A stretch of 64,000 bases of DNA from Bilabrum cf. latius (Eukaryota), in contig OZ237748.1 in the NCBI GenBank assembly GCA_965178125.1, forward strand, positions 1-64,000, read 5' to 3'. How positions within the stretch are numbered: position 1 is the stretch's first letter; each line of letters starts with the position of its first letter. This document shows positions 37,805-51,002 of this stretch, piece after piece. The notes below the pieces were generated by a model that worked only from the letters and a program-made list of their open reading frames with translations, was not told the origin of the DNA and did not search any database. Made by a program: the position numbers and the translations under genes.

Positions 37805-40393
37805 TCACTGCACCAGGGCTGCACGAAGCATGGTGCCTCCAAGCGGTAGAGCTCCAATGTCAATCTTGACGTTGAAGGATCCGTCTCCTAGCCAAGTTAT
37901 GCACGATGGGTCCACTGGAACCCAGCTTGCATCGCGTCTTGCATGCGTTGCAACTGGGTTAGGAGTCCATTGCTCCACCTTTACACCAACGGTGTGACTG
38001 GCACCGAGCACCCGACCCGCACCATGGACTTCGACCAGGACGGTTCGACCATTCCGTTGCACGCTTGCGCCGCTCGAGCCGTAAGTTAGGATTGGCACGA
38101 CCAAGTTTCGCTCCGCACTGCCGCTTCTGCCAGCTGAGGGCACCGTAAAGCAGTTTCCAAGCACCTGCCCCGTGGCCACACGGGGGCTTTCCCCTGAGGC
38201 AACTACGGCCTCGGAGTCAATAAATGAGCAGATGCTATGCGCAGTCGCAAGCTCTCTGCCTTTCATGGCGTCAAATCCAGGTGTCCACGGCGCGTACTGC
38301 TGCTGGTCATGCACAGAGAAATCAATTGCATGGTCATTATCGGGATACGGCGCCATGGGCCACACGCCCATGTATAGGTGTCGGTGGAAGAACTGTAGCG
38401 TTTCAGTAGCATTACCGCAGCACCCAGAGGACCCGCCAGAATAAACCCACAGGATGGCCGGGGATGCTGCTCCCAGCAGTCCCACCGCGTTGATCGCGTG
38501 AAACTCGCTGAAGGTTCCATCGAATGGCTTCATGAGGTCCAGGCGAGACACGCCTGTGTTCAGCAGCATCAGTCGCGGGCCTGCAGGCAGAGACCCCCCA
38601 CTGCATTGTGGGTCGTCGATTGCAGCTCTGATCCGGTCAGCAGTGTGCTGGAAAGAGACCCGCAAGGAGCGCACTGCCCGCCCCTGCACGGTGGACACGC
38701 CGTCGTCGGCATCTAGGTTATACTGATTAGTATGATCGCTACGGTCCACCACGATTCCATTGAAAGGCAGAGTGGAGGCCATGCCACCACCTGAATCAGG
38801 CACAGACAGGTTGCACGCATGCCGCAGCAGCTGGTCCTCGAGGAAATCCTCGTACACAGGCACAGCGGAGTCCAGCACGATCCCACCCTACCAGGTGCCC
38901 TGCAGTTCGCCAATGTGCAGCTTACCATCCCCAGATGCCCAGTTCCAGAGGGGGCCCCCCTGCAGCGAGGTCTCCAGGAAGCGGGATGCATTGCGCCAGT
39001 CGTCCGGGGCGGGCTTAGGGGGATTGGGCGAGGGCGAATACTTCACGTTGAGGCCGAACTCATTGAAGTTGAAATAGGACAGTTGCGTGATAGGCCCACC
39101 CTTTGAGTTGTCGCCCATGGCAGCATAGTACTCTGCGATTTGCCGCCTGCTGACGTTGGCAGGTGCTTGCGTCCCCTCAGGGTCGTTGTACCACTGCTCC
39201 TCGTCTCTCTCTACGGGGGGTAGAAACATGCCCATGTACGGGAAGAACCTCCCGCCAAGGTCCCACCCGACCCTGACCCCCTGATCCTAACCCACGGTGG
39301 CATTCGGCACCGCAAAGTAAGACGAGTACGTCCCCAGCCCGGACGCTCGCTGTGCCGCCTCTTGGCCACCGTGGGGCCTCCAGTATGCAGCATTCGAGGA
39401 ACCTGGTGATACTTCCCAACGAAGAGCGTCCCGTGGATCTGACCTGTGCGGGACGATGTCCCAAGAGAACGAGTAGCTTGCAGCTGGCGCTGAAGAGGAG
39501 CCAACCGGCGGGCATGACAGGCGAGCGGTGCGCTGCCTCAGCACGAATGAGGACGGGGCTAAGCCGGGCGGCGAATCGTCCTGTGGTTCGCGTCCTGGCG
39601 TTGCGCTGGTCAAGAAGTACACATCAAGCGGCTCGTTCGTCGGGTCCAAGTGAATTCCGAGGGCTGCATCGGTCGGGCCTGCCGACGAAGGAGGCAGGGA
39701 TAGCACAGCAATCGGGGCGACTATTCTGTCATGGATGCCATCTTCTGGGACCTCTACACCTAATCGATATTTGTCTGTCCACCAGCCGTCGTGTCCATCC
39801 GACGGGAGCAGCGGGTCTACGTAGAAGCTGCCCTTCGCTCCGTTGGATTCCCTATCCCACGGAGCCCACAGTCTCGGCATGCTTGCATAGTCGTTAGCTA
39901 ATACTGATAGTCCAACATCAATTGGTACGGTAAAGTATGCGCTGCCAGTCTCTGGAGAGCACTCCACAGCAGACACCTCCGATATGACTGTAAATGATTG
40001 GCGGGTGGCGTTCCACTCAATGATATCTTCGACACTAATGCGAGCAGACCCATAACTGAAAGATACATTGAATTCCTTCTGGACCTTGATAGACTTTGAC
40101 CTCGGAGATGCCACGCAAGAAACCGGGTGGACGTCTGAAGCGTTGTCACCGAGCCCGAGCGAGGCACCAAGCCCAAACGACTAGCTGCCGGGATAATCAA
40201 ATGGCTGTCCAATCGTAAAGTTTGCAACTCCAGGTCTGTCCGTCGAAAACTCTGGCGCAAGTACAACTGCTGCGGCAGTAGCTCCACAGTCTGAGGAGCC
40301 GGAGAGCTACAGGCTTCCGTCGGGACTGGACAGCTCCCAAGCAACAACCGACTCTATTAATAATGCCATCGGTAAGGTTGCCAAGCCAAGCAT
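37805..40393 (-). CDS. 862-aa secreted protein, uncharacterised; possibly carbohydrate-active (TAG read as Gln)
   Basis: Pieces 37805, 38888 and 39287 share a frame. The frame extends to ATG 40393 (MLGLATLPMALLIESVVA-WELSSPDGSL*LSG), with 4 TAG and a TGA end. It contains FFPYMGMFLPP, LSYFNFNEFG, GIVVDRSDH and PMAPYPDNDHAI. Confidence 0.8.
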
Positions 40394-40688
40394 TGCACGT
40401 GCCCGCTGTTTATGTGCAGTGGTAAACCGAACCGCAGATCTATTTGAAAGTACACGTTACTAAGTAGTACTACCCTTTCTCGCAGCGGGCGCCGGAGGGA
40501 ACGTGAACGCTGACGCTCCCCAGGGGGAAATGGGTCCCCAGGGTGGAGCTTAGGTGGTTTAGGCCATTGCAGCTGAAGCGTGAAGTCTGGTAGGTCCCGG
40601 GCCCTCGTTCCAGATGTTTCTTCGTGATAGCGTGCGTTTTTGAGTTGAGTCCACAAAATATCAGATCCCCCTTTCTCGCCCTCTTGAG

Positions 40689-41438
40689 TTAGGGGCTACT
40701 AGTACCCAAGATGTGCTGAAGTACAGCCACCCGGACCGATGCCAATTTATTTGCTTCAACTCCTAGCCCGCAGACCATGGAGCGCGAGGGCCTGACGTGC
40801 CGTTTTGAGGCACCATGCCGCTGGTCGGGATAGCTGAGTCCGCTGAATATGCCGGATCTCTGCTGGTCCCTTGCTGCACTCTACGAACGATTCCTTCCAC
40901 TCTGAGCGGACTGGCACACGCGGCACCCCCCCCAATGTTCAGATGGACGCGCCGCTGTCCTCCTGCCTACAGTTGTGACGCCTGTGCCCACGCGAGTCGG
41001 TAGAGCGGACGAACTCCTTCCTCCTCTTGCAGGAGTGGCCCTGCGCTGTACAGCGCGCCTGGCATCTGGCGGCAGTGGAGGAGCCACCTGCTGCTTCAAG
41101 ATGCGGTGCAGCGTCTGTGTGGACTCGCGCTCTTGGACTTTCTCTCGCGGCTTTGGCTGGGTCTGACCCGCTGGAGCAGAGGCTTGTTTATAGCTGCTGT
41201 TCTATGCCTGAGACTTGCCGACGTCGGACTCGTCGGCGAACCGGAGACTCCTCTTCGGGGACGTGCTCGAGGACACTGTCGCGGTCACCTCGGCTTGCTT
41301 TCTGGCTTGCACCTGCGTGGGGCTGGCCGCGACTCGCTGCCTGCTGGCCCCTGCTGCGGCAAGGATGCCCCTGAGCCGGCGAGGCCGATGGTTCTCTGCC
41401 CAATCCACATGGTAGAACGCAATGAAGGCACTCGAGGC
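40689..41438 (-). CDS. Possible ~250-codon basic low-complexity exon or ORF (TAG read as Gln)
   Basis: Pieces 41202-41408 and 40881-41099 share a frame, are linked through TAG and end in TAA at 40689. There is no clear start codon, so upstream exons would be needed. Confidence 0.4.
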
Positions 41439-41842
41439 TCAAGGGGCTTGGGAGGGTGGCATCCGGAATCCGGATGAGAGGATTCAGCTAGAACCGTACA
41501 GATGTGATGGATCAGATGTCAGCTCCAAACTCAACTTTCGTTGTACGCCTCCTGCACTCAGTGTATGTTACGTTGTGCTGCAGGCGTCTCTTTTTCTGCG
41601 CTGGTTGGTGCGCGTGCTCCCAACAAGGTGCCACGATTCCAGCGCCACATCTCCACGGTCCGATCAAGCCGGAACTCTCCGCGCGCTCCGTTTGAAACAG
41701 GCTCAGTCCTCGACTCGGAAGGATACTCTAAATCGTACAGGTTAAAAGTTTGTTATGAGCTCAGCACTTTGTATTTGTCAGTCTTTCCAAACATTAGAAT
41801 CTCAACGGGGGATCCCTGTCGAGATTATTCCAGAAATATACC

Positions 41843-44800
41843 TCATACCTATGCCTCCGCAGTGCTTACCGCCATCAGCAGAGCCACGCCCCGCACCACG
41901 ACGATGTGCAAGAGCAGCATCCCAGTCGCAAACCCCTCGCTCCCCGCCTCGAAGCCCATCTGCCTCTCTGCCGCCGTGGCCTGGAAATCGAGCGCCGTAG
42001 TGTGCAGCCGCCTGAAGTGGTGCAGCTGCAGCAGCTCGTTGGCCCACCGGCTGGCGCTCAGCACCCCCACGAGAGGGTCCGCCAAGCCTTCCCCAAACAG
42101 CTCTCGCTGCCCACGGAGCGTGGGAAAGAAACCCGCCAGTGCCAGTGTCATGATCATGAAGGCTGTGGAGGCGGTCTTGGCGGCGGAAGAGGGACGAAAG
42201 GTCCACCAGAGCGCCTGTCCCAGCCCGTCCATGTGCAGCAGCAGCAACAACCATACCGTAAAGGTCTCCTGGTACTCGTTCAGCTGACGCTCCTGCATCG
42301 TCACGAACGGGATAGTCGTGGCGACGGCCAGGAGCAGCACCCGCAGGAGCCCGAGAGCCGATTTAGAGCAGTAGTAAGCAGCTGCTGCTCTCTGCCTAGC
42401 AGCTCCCAGCGACCTCATCTCTCTTTGGAACCACCCCAGCTCGCCCTCAAACAGCGCCAACCCGCTGCCCAGCCCCTGGAACTGCACCACCACGAACGCG
42501 AGCAGGATCAAGAATGTCCTCGGCTCTCCCAAGAACTGGTCTGCCCCCGCTGCCACAAAGAGAGCCGTCAGCAGGATTACAGAGGCCATCATGACACCTG
42601 CGGGTACCAGCAGATCCGCCGCGATGTGCCTGGAAGCCTGCATCACTGCCCTCGACATCATGGCTCGGCACAGCGTGCAAGAGTGAACGGGCCTCCTGCG
42701 GGGCAGGTCCCGTAGGTAGGCTGCCTGGGACGGTGTGACGAGCGCGAGGGCTGCAGCGGTACTTGCATCTTGCTCGGCGTGATACTTCTTTGGGTGTGAG
42801 GCCGAATGCGGTGGGAGCCAGGCGACTGGGCCCATGGCGCGGCCGAATGCCGCCACTGCGGCTGCCCTTGGCAGCAGGGGCAGCATGGATGCACGTGAAG
42901 CGTCTGCCACGTTCTTTTGTTTTCTCGCCCTTGCTCTCAACTGCTCCCGATGACCCCCCGCTCTACCACCACTCGTGCTGGCGCCGTCACTGGCCTCATC
43001 ATCGATCAGCTCCTCCTCCTCGTACTCGTCCTCGCACACAGCCCGCAGGCAGCAGCTGCACGCCACCACTGCACACGCCGCCAGGTCAGCCAGCCCCATC
43101 CTCTGCATGAAGGACCGCATGCAGGACCCCGGGCGCGCCAGCTCGATGGGAGAGTAAGGCATGAGCATGACCCACGCCGGTCTGAGCCCTTTGAGCAGCA
43201 GCAGAGACAGGGGCAGGAGAGCGGCAGGCAGCGTGGTGCGCGACTCCTTGTTGAAGTATGTGAAGTCCTGGTTCAAGTCGCGGGTGCCCATGCCAGCCAC
43301 GGTGCCCACTAGAAGCAGCCCCAACAGCTAGACGGCGGTCAGGAGCACGTCCCATTGCCAGGGCAGCCAGGAAGGTGCCAGCAGCAGTACCCTGAAGACA
43401 TCAAGGATGGCAATGAAGACAAAGAGAGGCGTCGACAGATTGCAGTAGAAGACGAGTTGCGTCTGGCTGGGGCAGCAATCAGGGGGTGCCATGGGCTCGG
43501 GCTCGAAGGGTCCTTGCGGTGCCCGTGTCACGTTGGGATACAGAGTCAGATCTAGGCTGCCCCTGTCCTCCCCCGGTGCACCTGCCCCCAGGTTTGCCGC
43601 CAGTCCAATGATGGCCACTAGCAGGATGGACGCCGCTACGCCTGCCTGCAGCAGGTCAAGTCGGAACCTCATCCACTGGTCATCCAGCACCTTGAGCAGC
43701 AGGTCCAAGCAAGCCCACCGCCGAAGATCAGCCACTGCCCTGTCCACGTCAGCGCTGTCCTGTCTTGAAGTGGCCCCGTGATGGGAAGATGCATTCGATG
43801 AGGACGGTGTGACAGAGGAGGAGGAGGAGGCAGACATGCCGCTCATGGTGCGGCCTGGCGTCGTGGCTGGGGCTCCTGCGAAGGTGACCGACCGGCCGCC
43901 TCTGTCCTCAGATGCAGCGTGCTCTACACTCGGCAAGTTAACTGCAGTAGATGTGCCACCGTCATGTGGTTGGCCTTCGCGTCTTGTAGACTTGATGGAC
44001 AGGCCACCGGTGTCCTGCGCATGCATCTGCCCGTTCTTCCGTTCTGCAGATTCTAAATCCATGACCATCGATGCCGCACGGGAGGGCACCCCAGAGGTGC
44101 TAGCTGCCTGCCTTCTCTCCAACGTACGTCGCCTTCTCGCCCCCCGCCTCTTCCGGATGGCAGGTATGCCCAGGCCACTGGCCCAGGGCAGGTTCAGGTT
44201 CGTCCTCCTGCCCATGCCAGCGCTCATTAGGTGAGCGTGCAGCATGCGGCCAGTGGCGCTGGATCGACGAGATGATGAAGAACCAGGAGATACGGATCCA
44301 CTCGTCACACTGCCGCCAGGGCCACGATGGTCTCCAGCGCCTTTAGTGCCCCTCCGCACGGGATGCTCCTGGCCCCCGCCACTGTGCAAAAGCGAAGACG
44401 TTCTGGGCTCCACGGGGGAAGTCACTGCCCGACTCAGCCGCTCCATGTGACCCACTGGCACACCAGCCGTCTCGTCGCCGCCTAGACTACTAGCTGGCAC
44501 CTCTGCAGCGGCGTGTGGTAATGCGAGCGACTGCTGCGCCGATCCAGCACCCTCGCCACTTCCTTCTCGCGAGTGTCGCTGCTCGACACGTGCACTGAGC
44601 ACCTCGAGGGCAGCCAGCAGTCCGAAAGGCCCCTGCACCCCGCGCTGCACCCTCCGGAGGCTGCACCTGCGCTCCTTCGCCACTGCCTGCAGCCCGCGCA
44701 TCATGCGGCGGGATGTGCTGCTCGCGTCATCTGAGCCCTCCGCCAACTTCTGGGCTGCGGTCGACCGCTGCCTGCCTTCTTTTCGCATGTCTTGAGACAG

Positions 44801-47800
44801 CACCCCCCTGCCTCCCCTCCCCCCACTCTAAACCCCGCTCTGCTTCTGCTCCTGCCCCCCCTCATCCTCTTCCTCACCTACCCCCTCCCCATCCAGCATC
44901 GCCCACTCCATCAGCGACTGACCAACACCGTGCATGCTCTGGTGCACCCCTACCCCCGACTCACTGCCCCCCCTGCTGCTCATGTCCTCCGCGCCTGGAC
45001 CGTCCAACGATGGGAACGTAGACCCGGCACCGGCAGCCTGCGCCTGCGCGTTCCATCCGTGCATCTGACCTGCTCTGCCAGTTTGACCACCCTCAGATTC
45101 TCCGCTCCCAGCGGCCCCGATCGAGCCATCTCCCCGATGCACCACCTTGGGCGAAGTGATAGCATCCACCGCCGCGGCCGCTTTAGCCATGGCCACGGTG
45201 TCCAAACACGCCTGCATGTGCCTCAGCCCAAGGTGGCGCTGCAGTCGACTGCACCCGTCGGTCAGCAGGAGCACATAGGCTAGAGACCTGGTGCGCCGTG
45301 GCCCCAGTGCCCTTGAGACGACCTCCGCCAGCTCCCACTCGAGAGCTGCCCTCGATGGATCTCTCCTACTCGCGCGGTCCAGCCGTCTCCTGACTCTCTC
45401 TACCTCCTGGCTGGCCTCCAGGGCGCGGGCCAGCACCTCGGCCCTGACCTGCACCCTTTGCCACGTGTCCGCCCACTCGGCCCCCGTGCGGTGGGGGAAC
45501 AAGCTGCTCGTCGCAGTCCCCGTGGACACGTCCATGTACACGTCCACCCTGCTGCTGCCCTCGGGGAAATCGAAGCCCAAGTTGCTCAGAAAACGCTTCG
45601 TGTCGCTGAACGGGCCGTCGTATACCACCCGGCCCCCGCGTACCAGCAGCACCAGGTGGTCGCACACGTCTGCTATCTCCACCCTGGGCTGGTGCAGCAC
45701 CGCACACACGGTCAGGCCCTCCTTCCTGGCTAGCTTGGCCAGGTACCGCATGACCTGCAGCGACGTGGACGCATCCAGTCCGCTCGTGATCTCGTCGCAG
45801 AAGAGCACCCTGGGTCTGGCCACCAGCTCCACGCCGATGGAGACACGCTTACGCTCGCCGCCGCTGAGCCTCTGCCCCGCGGTGTCTTCCGCACCCACCA
45901 GCGACTCTGCTCTCTGCAGCACCTGCATCCTAAGCAGCGTCGTGTACCCGTGCTTGAGCACGCCTCTGACCCTCTCCTCCTCCATGTGGGCCCCCTGCCT
46001 GAGGCTGGGCCAGCAGGGGCAGCAGCACCAGAGGCAGGACTCCCAGGCGGTACGATCGTCTTGCTCGTTCCCCCCTACTGCCCCGCTGAGGGCAATTGAG
46101 CTGGGCGTGGCCGAGGAAGCCCGGCCCTTGCTCCTCTGGCTCTGCCTCGCCCCTGCTGCTCCTGTATCGAGGTGCTGGGAGGAGGGTCGGTGCAGGGGGG
46201 CAGCGGGTGCTGTGGCTGCCCTTCGCTCAATTGGCTCCGGAGCGGGCCTGCTTGGTGACTGCGGGTCTTGCTCAATAGAGCGGCGGTTCGCACCTTTGGA
46301 GTCATTTTGTGCACTGCTGCCATCGCCGGCGGGGTCTTGCCCTGCATCGCTCGATCCTTTCCTATCTGCGTCATCGGTGTCATCGAGTCCCACCCTCAGG
46401 CCCTGCCCTGCATCGCTCGATCCTTTCCTATCTGCGTCATCAGGGTCATCGAGTCCCACCCTCAGGATACCTGACGTGGCAAGCGCCTCCGCAGGTGTGA
46501 CGTCACTTAGTAGCACGTCGCTTTGAGGCACGAACGCTGACTAGTCCCGGAATGTGGCAGAGTCGCAGTCCTCCCGACCTGCTTTGCCAAGAGCCATGGA
46601 AGCGTCCATCCACCGCCCGTGCACACCCACCACGCCCTCGATGTCCGCGTAGGCCGCGGCACGGCCTGCGAGTGCATTCAGCAGCGTGGTTTTACCCGCT
46701 CCGGACTCTCCCAGGATCAGGGTCACCTTGCCTGCTGGCACCGTGCAGCTCACGTCGCTCAGTATGCGGGCGTTCTTGTTCCCCTTGGCGCTCACAGTGG
46801 CGCCCCTCAGCACGAACCCGATCCCGTCAGGGGCACCCGATGGACCCCTGCCGTGGCGATGGTACCTGCCGGGCTTTCTACTGTGTGTGGAGGGCCTCTT
46901 TCCTGTCCCACTGATCCTGCGGGGTGTTTGCGCAGCAGCAGCACCGGGAGACCCCTGGCCTGCATGTCTCAATATGCCTCTGGATGTGTCCTGCATCTCC
47001 CCTCGATTCTGAGATGCCTGCCTGCTCGGGTCCCCTTGTTGCTACTGGCTCTATCCCTGGCCGTCCGTCTGATCAGTGCCATCGATCTCACCAGCACCTT
47101 TGCTATCGTTCGCGCAATCTGCCGCAAGTGCGCTGGCGCTCGTGCTTGTGCTTGCAGATTTGCCGCCAGCGGAACCATCGCTACTGCTGCTGATGCTACT
47201 TTTACTACGCTCGGAGCCGTTACTATTCTCGTCCGTATAGTCTTCCATCGCCCCGTGCAGCCGCGCGCTGGCTCTTGCTCCTCCTGACGACTTGCCGTCG
47301 CTCCCGTCCACCTCCCCGGCCCTTGCCGCAGCTTCGAGGATTGCATCGTCTTTGTCTTCGTCATCGCGATCGACTTGCTCCTGCTCCCGACCTTCATCCT
47401 GGCCCTGGTCCTGCTCCTGATCGAAACCGTTGGGTGCGTCTCCACGCGCTCTTCTCCCCTGCAGATAGCTCCCACCGCCGCCCGTAGCACTCGTCACACC
47501 GCCTCCTACACGCACCCTCACCGAGTCATACCCAGCGATAGATCCTTGCCCAGAGCCAGTGTCTGCATCGCCGCCCTGACTATCCGCGTCATTCCCACTG
47601 GACCCACCCATTCCGATCGAGCCGGAGCCGGAGGCATCCTCCAATCTTGCACCGGCCCCGGAGCGATCACCTGCAGCCCCGGACTGCCCATCATCATCCT
47701 CGTCCTCCTCCTCCTCTTCACTTCCATCATCTTTTTCACAACCCCCTCGCTCGTCATCTGCTCCCTGCCTCTCCGTCTCCCTCTCCGTCTCCGTCTCCAA

Positions 47801-48598
47801 GCCGGGTCCCTGTCCCATGCCACCAGCGGCTCCCATCCCACTGGGCTGCACCCCCCCATCCAACACTCTCCCTACCCCCGGGTCATCTCCCCCCACGTCA
47901 TATCTGCCAGTCGACACCTCCGTCTCTGTCCACTCCGAGGATGCCTTGGACCTCGCTGCCTCGCTCTCGCTCTCGGCCTATTCTCGCAGCCTCTTCAGGC
48001 GGATCCTCGCTATCTTAGGGAGATAGATGGGACGCAGCCGCCGCACGACTACCGCGACTGCCTACGAGACACGAAGGTGCCTCTCATCCCGACAGCCGGC
48101 GAAGCCTGCCACTCCCGCCACCATGACGCCCAGGAATGCGACCACTGCCAGAGCCGTCGCTTCGCTTCTGGGCACGGAGCTGCCCTCGGGGCAAAGCGCG
48201 TAGGGTTCGCATGCGAGGGGCTCGGAGCTTCCAAACGGGCAAAAATACCCACCAGGACACCTAAAAATGTCCGTGGAGGTCGGGCAGAACGCTCCGGGGG
48301 GACAGACGACGTCGTCCACTGGTGGAATCTCGAGCGTGTCCGTTCCTGGGCAGTACAACCCCTTGCTCCAGCATGGCATGCAGTCAATTGCAAATGGTAG
48401 AATCGGTAGGCCGGCTAGTGACCGATTAGGATTGATCAGCGGGTCAAACTCGTACCCCACCCCCCCAAAGACAACTCGTCGCGGCGTGGACCCAGGTTCG
48501 CATGCCGCTTGGCTCCGTGCGATTCCAGGCAGCAGAACTACAACCGAGCCAAAAACCAATATCCAGGCGGCTCTGCTTTCGGCAAAGTGCATACGCAC
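41843..48598 (-). CDS. ~2250-aa ABCG/White-type half transporter with signal peptide, Cys-rich ectodomain and long low-complexity insertions (TAG read as Gln)
   Basis: Six pieces share one frame, with 8 TAG. Motifs: Walker A GESGAGKTT, Q-loop FVPQSD, signature LSGGERKR, Walker B VLFCDE, H-loop VLHQPR, then a C-terminal TMD. The exact 3' end is uncertain because GTATGAG after the last TAG could be a splice donor. Confidence 0.88.
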
Positions 48599-48728
48599 GA
48601 GGTGTTTGACTTATTTCTATCCAGTCGACGTCGACCTGCAACTCCGAATCTTTTGAGCAGATCCTAAATCCATCTGCTTGTCAGTCATCTCTCTTGAATG
48701 CGGAAGTGGAGCCTTGGTACTACAAAGT

Positions 48729-50837
48729 ATGGCTCGAGCTCGCCACTATGGTCTGGGGGAGATTTCTGAGGAGTTTGCAAGCAAGGGGTGTATTCTCAGT
48801 GTTCCTGTTGTGCCAAGAGACGACGCTGCACGTCTTCTGTAGGCGGCCCATGTAGGAGGGGCCGGTAGCTTGCCCAGTGGAAATGACCGTTTCAAGCAGC
48901 ACCTCGTGGTTCCATGCTTTGCGCGCTCGGTGCGAGCTCTTGCGCTGATACAAGCTACCCGAGCCTGCGTTGCGCCCAGCGGCGAGCCGCTGCTAGCTTG
49001 GAGCTCAGATTTTAACATTAAGCAACCGAAATCCGGTGGGTTTTACAGCTTGCACTAGGACGGGAAGTACGCAGGCCTGCATCCGGCTGAGCAGGTGCTC
49101 ACGGCGTGGCTCGCTCTCTCTGACGTGTCCAGACAGGAGGCCGGCCCGCTCGTGTATTGCCCCGGGTCTCACAAGCTGGGCATGCTGGAGCACGAGGAGA
49201 CAATCGATACCAAGCGCAAGCTCGGGTACAGCGAGACTCCAGTCCCGGCGGAATCTGCAGCCGGGCCGACAAGTGGCGCGTCCGCTCCGGCCCCATCAGA
49301 CCGAGCGGCTGGCACATCAGCCAACCTGAACCTGCTGAGCAAAGGACAGACCATCGTGCCAAGAACGGAGGAGGAAGCAGCCGCCCTCGCGTCCAATGAT
49401 GTGCATTGCACGCTGGCACCGGGGGAGGCCTGCCTGCACTCGTTTCTGCTCGCCCACAGGAGCGGGCCCAACCTGCTGGACTATCCCAGGGTGGGGCTGG
49501 CGGTGAGGTATATGGGCGGGGGCGTGATGCGGCACACGGGGGGCACTTGCAAGAAGAGGTACATGGGCGGGGGCGTGATGCGGCACACGGGGGGCACTTG
49601 CAAGAAGAGGTACATGGGCGGGGGCGTGATGCGGCACACGGGGGGCACTTGCAAGAAGAGGTACATGGGCGGGGGCGTGATGCGGCACACGGGGGGCCCT
49701 TGCAAGAAGACAGCAGAGGCAAGTAAAGAATACCCAGAGGAGCATAGCGAGGGTGAGGGTGAGGGTGATGGTCACGTTGCCAGTACATGCCCAGAAGCAG
49801 CCACTCTAGTGTGGGACAGCGGGAGGGTGGTGGGCGATCCCATCTTGCATGCGCTGGCAGTAGCAGCTGGGAGCATACCCACAGGTGGCAGCGGTGCCTT
49901 GGGTGGGGCTGCTTGCGATAGCGATGGAAGTCGAGGCGCAGCAGCAGCAGGAGCAGGGAGCTTAAGTTGTGGTGGGGCTGACTCATCCTGTGAGGACACT
50001 GCCGGCTTTGCCTCGGCCTTGGCATCTTACAGTGCATTGCACCCTAGGCAGAGGGAGGCCAGGCAGCTCGCGGTGCTGGGGAGGAGGATACTGAGGGCTG
50101 TCCGTGATGGCGGTGTCACGAGTGATGGAGATGATGCGATGAGTGAGACTGATGCAGAAGCCGGTGTGGATTTAGATGAAGGCAGGATGCACCCAGCGGA
50201 TGAGGCCAGGGTGCTGGGCGCTTTGTAGGCCCTGCAGTCTCGCCTGCACTTTTTGTTGGAGCCCTGTCCGTGGGAGGTATCAGGGGAGGTGGATCGTGAC
50301 ATCATCTTCATCGCGGGGGATGCTGGCGCGGGTGAGTCTAGCAAGCGAGATGAAACTACGTCTGAAGTGGCGGAGGCAGGTGGAGATGGACGAGATGATG
50401 GGCAAGGGGGCACAGAGGCGGAGGCAGGTGGAGATGGACGAGATGATGGGCAAGGGGGCACAGAGGCGGAGGCAGGTGGAGATGGACGAGATGATGGGCA
50501 AGGGGGCACAGAGGCGGAGGCAGGTGGAGATGGACGAGATGATGGGCAAGGGGGCACAGAGGCGGAGGCAGGTGGAGATGGACGAGATGATGGGCAAGGG
50601 GGCACAGAGGCGGAGGCAGGTGGAGATGGACGAGATGATGGGCAAGGGGGCACAGAGGCGGAGGCAGGTGGAGATGGACGAGATGATGGGCAAGGGGGCA
50701 CAGAGGCGGAGACATAGGCGAAAGTAGAGGCGGGCAGTCGTGTGCGGGCTGACCTAGAGCAGGCGAGGACCCGTGTGAGAGAGGCAACGCTACGGCTAGA
50801 GAACATGAATTACTTCCGGTTTGAGGGCGGTCGATGA
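48729..50837 (+). CDS. PhyH-family (phytanoyl-CoA dioxygenase-like) Fe(II)/2-oxoglutarate dioxygenase, 702 aa with repetitive C-terminal part (TAG read as Gln)
   Basis: ATG at 48729. Motifs: FNIKQPK..YSLH*DG (HQD), LTAWLALSD, GPLVYCPGSH, LAPGEACLH...HRSGPN...R. There are 4 TAG and a TGA at 50835. Confidence 0.88.
49506..49709. repeat. In-frame 51-bp coding tandem repeat x4 (RYMGGGVMRHTGGTCKK)
   Basis: Visible in both the DNA and the ORF track. Confidence 0.95.
50370..50711. repeat. In-frame 48-bp coding tandem repeat x7 (AEAGGDGRDDGQGGTE)
   Basis: Identical units start at 50370, 50418 and so on. Confidence 0.95.
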
Positions 50838-51002
50838 ATCCACCGGGATGGTGACGCACCGCCGGTGGCTCCGATCGAAACCGGAACCACCGTCAGGACC
50901 AGTAGATCCTTACCGCGCGACCTCAATCTCAGAGACCTTGCTATCCCCACCAACATCGCACGCCACTTGTAGTTTCACGACCGCCGAACAAAAGCACCCC
51001 CC

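Noticed and set aside
34518-48400. Long antisense ORFs (34518-35870, 45291-46526, 47375-48400)
   Set aside because: They are shadows of GC-rich genes on the opposite strand.
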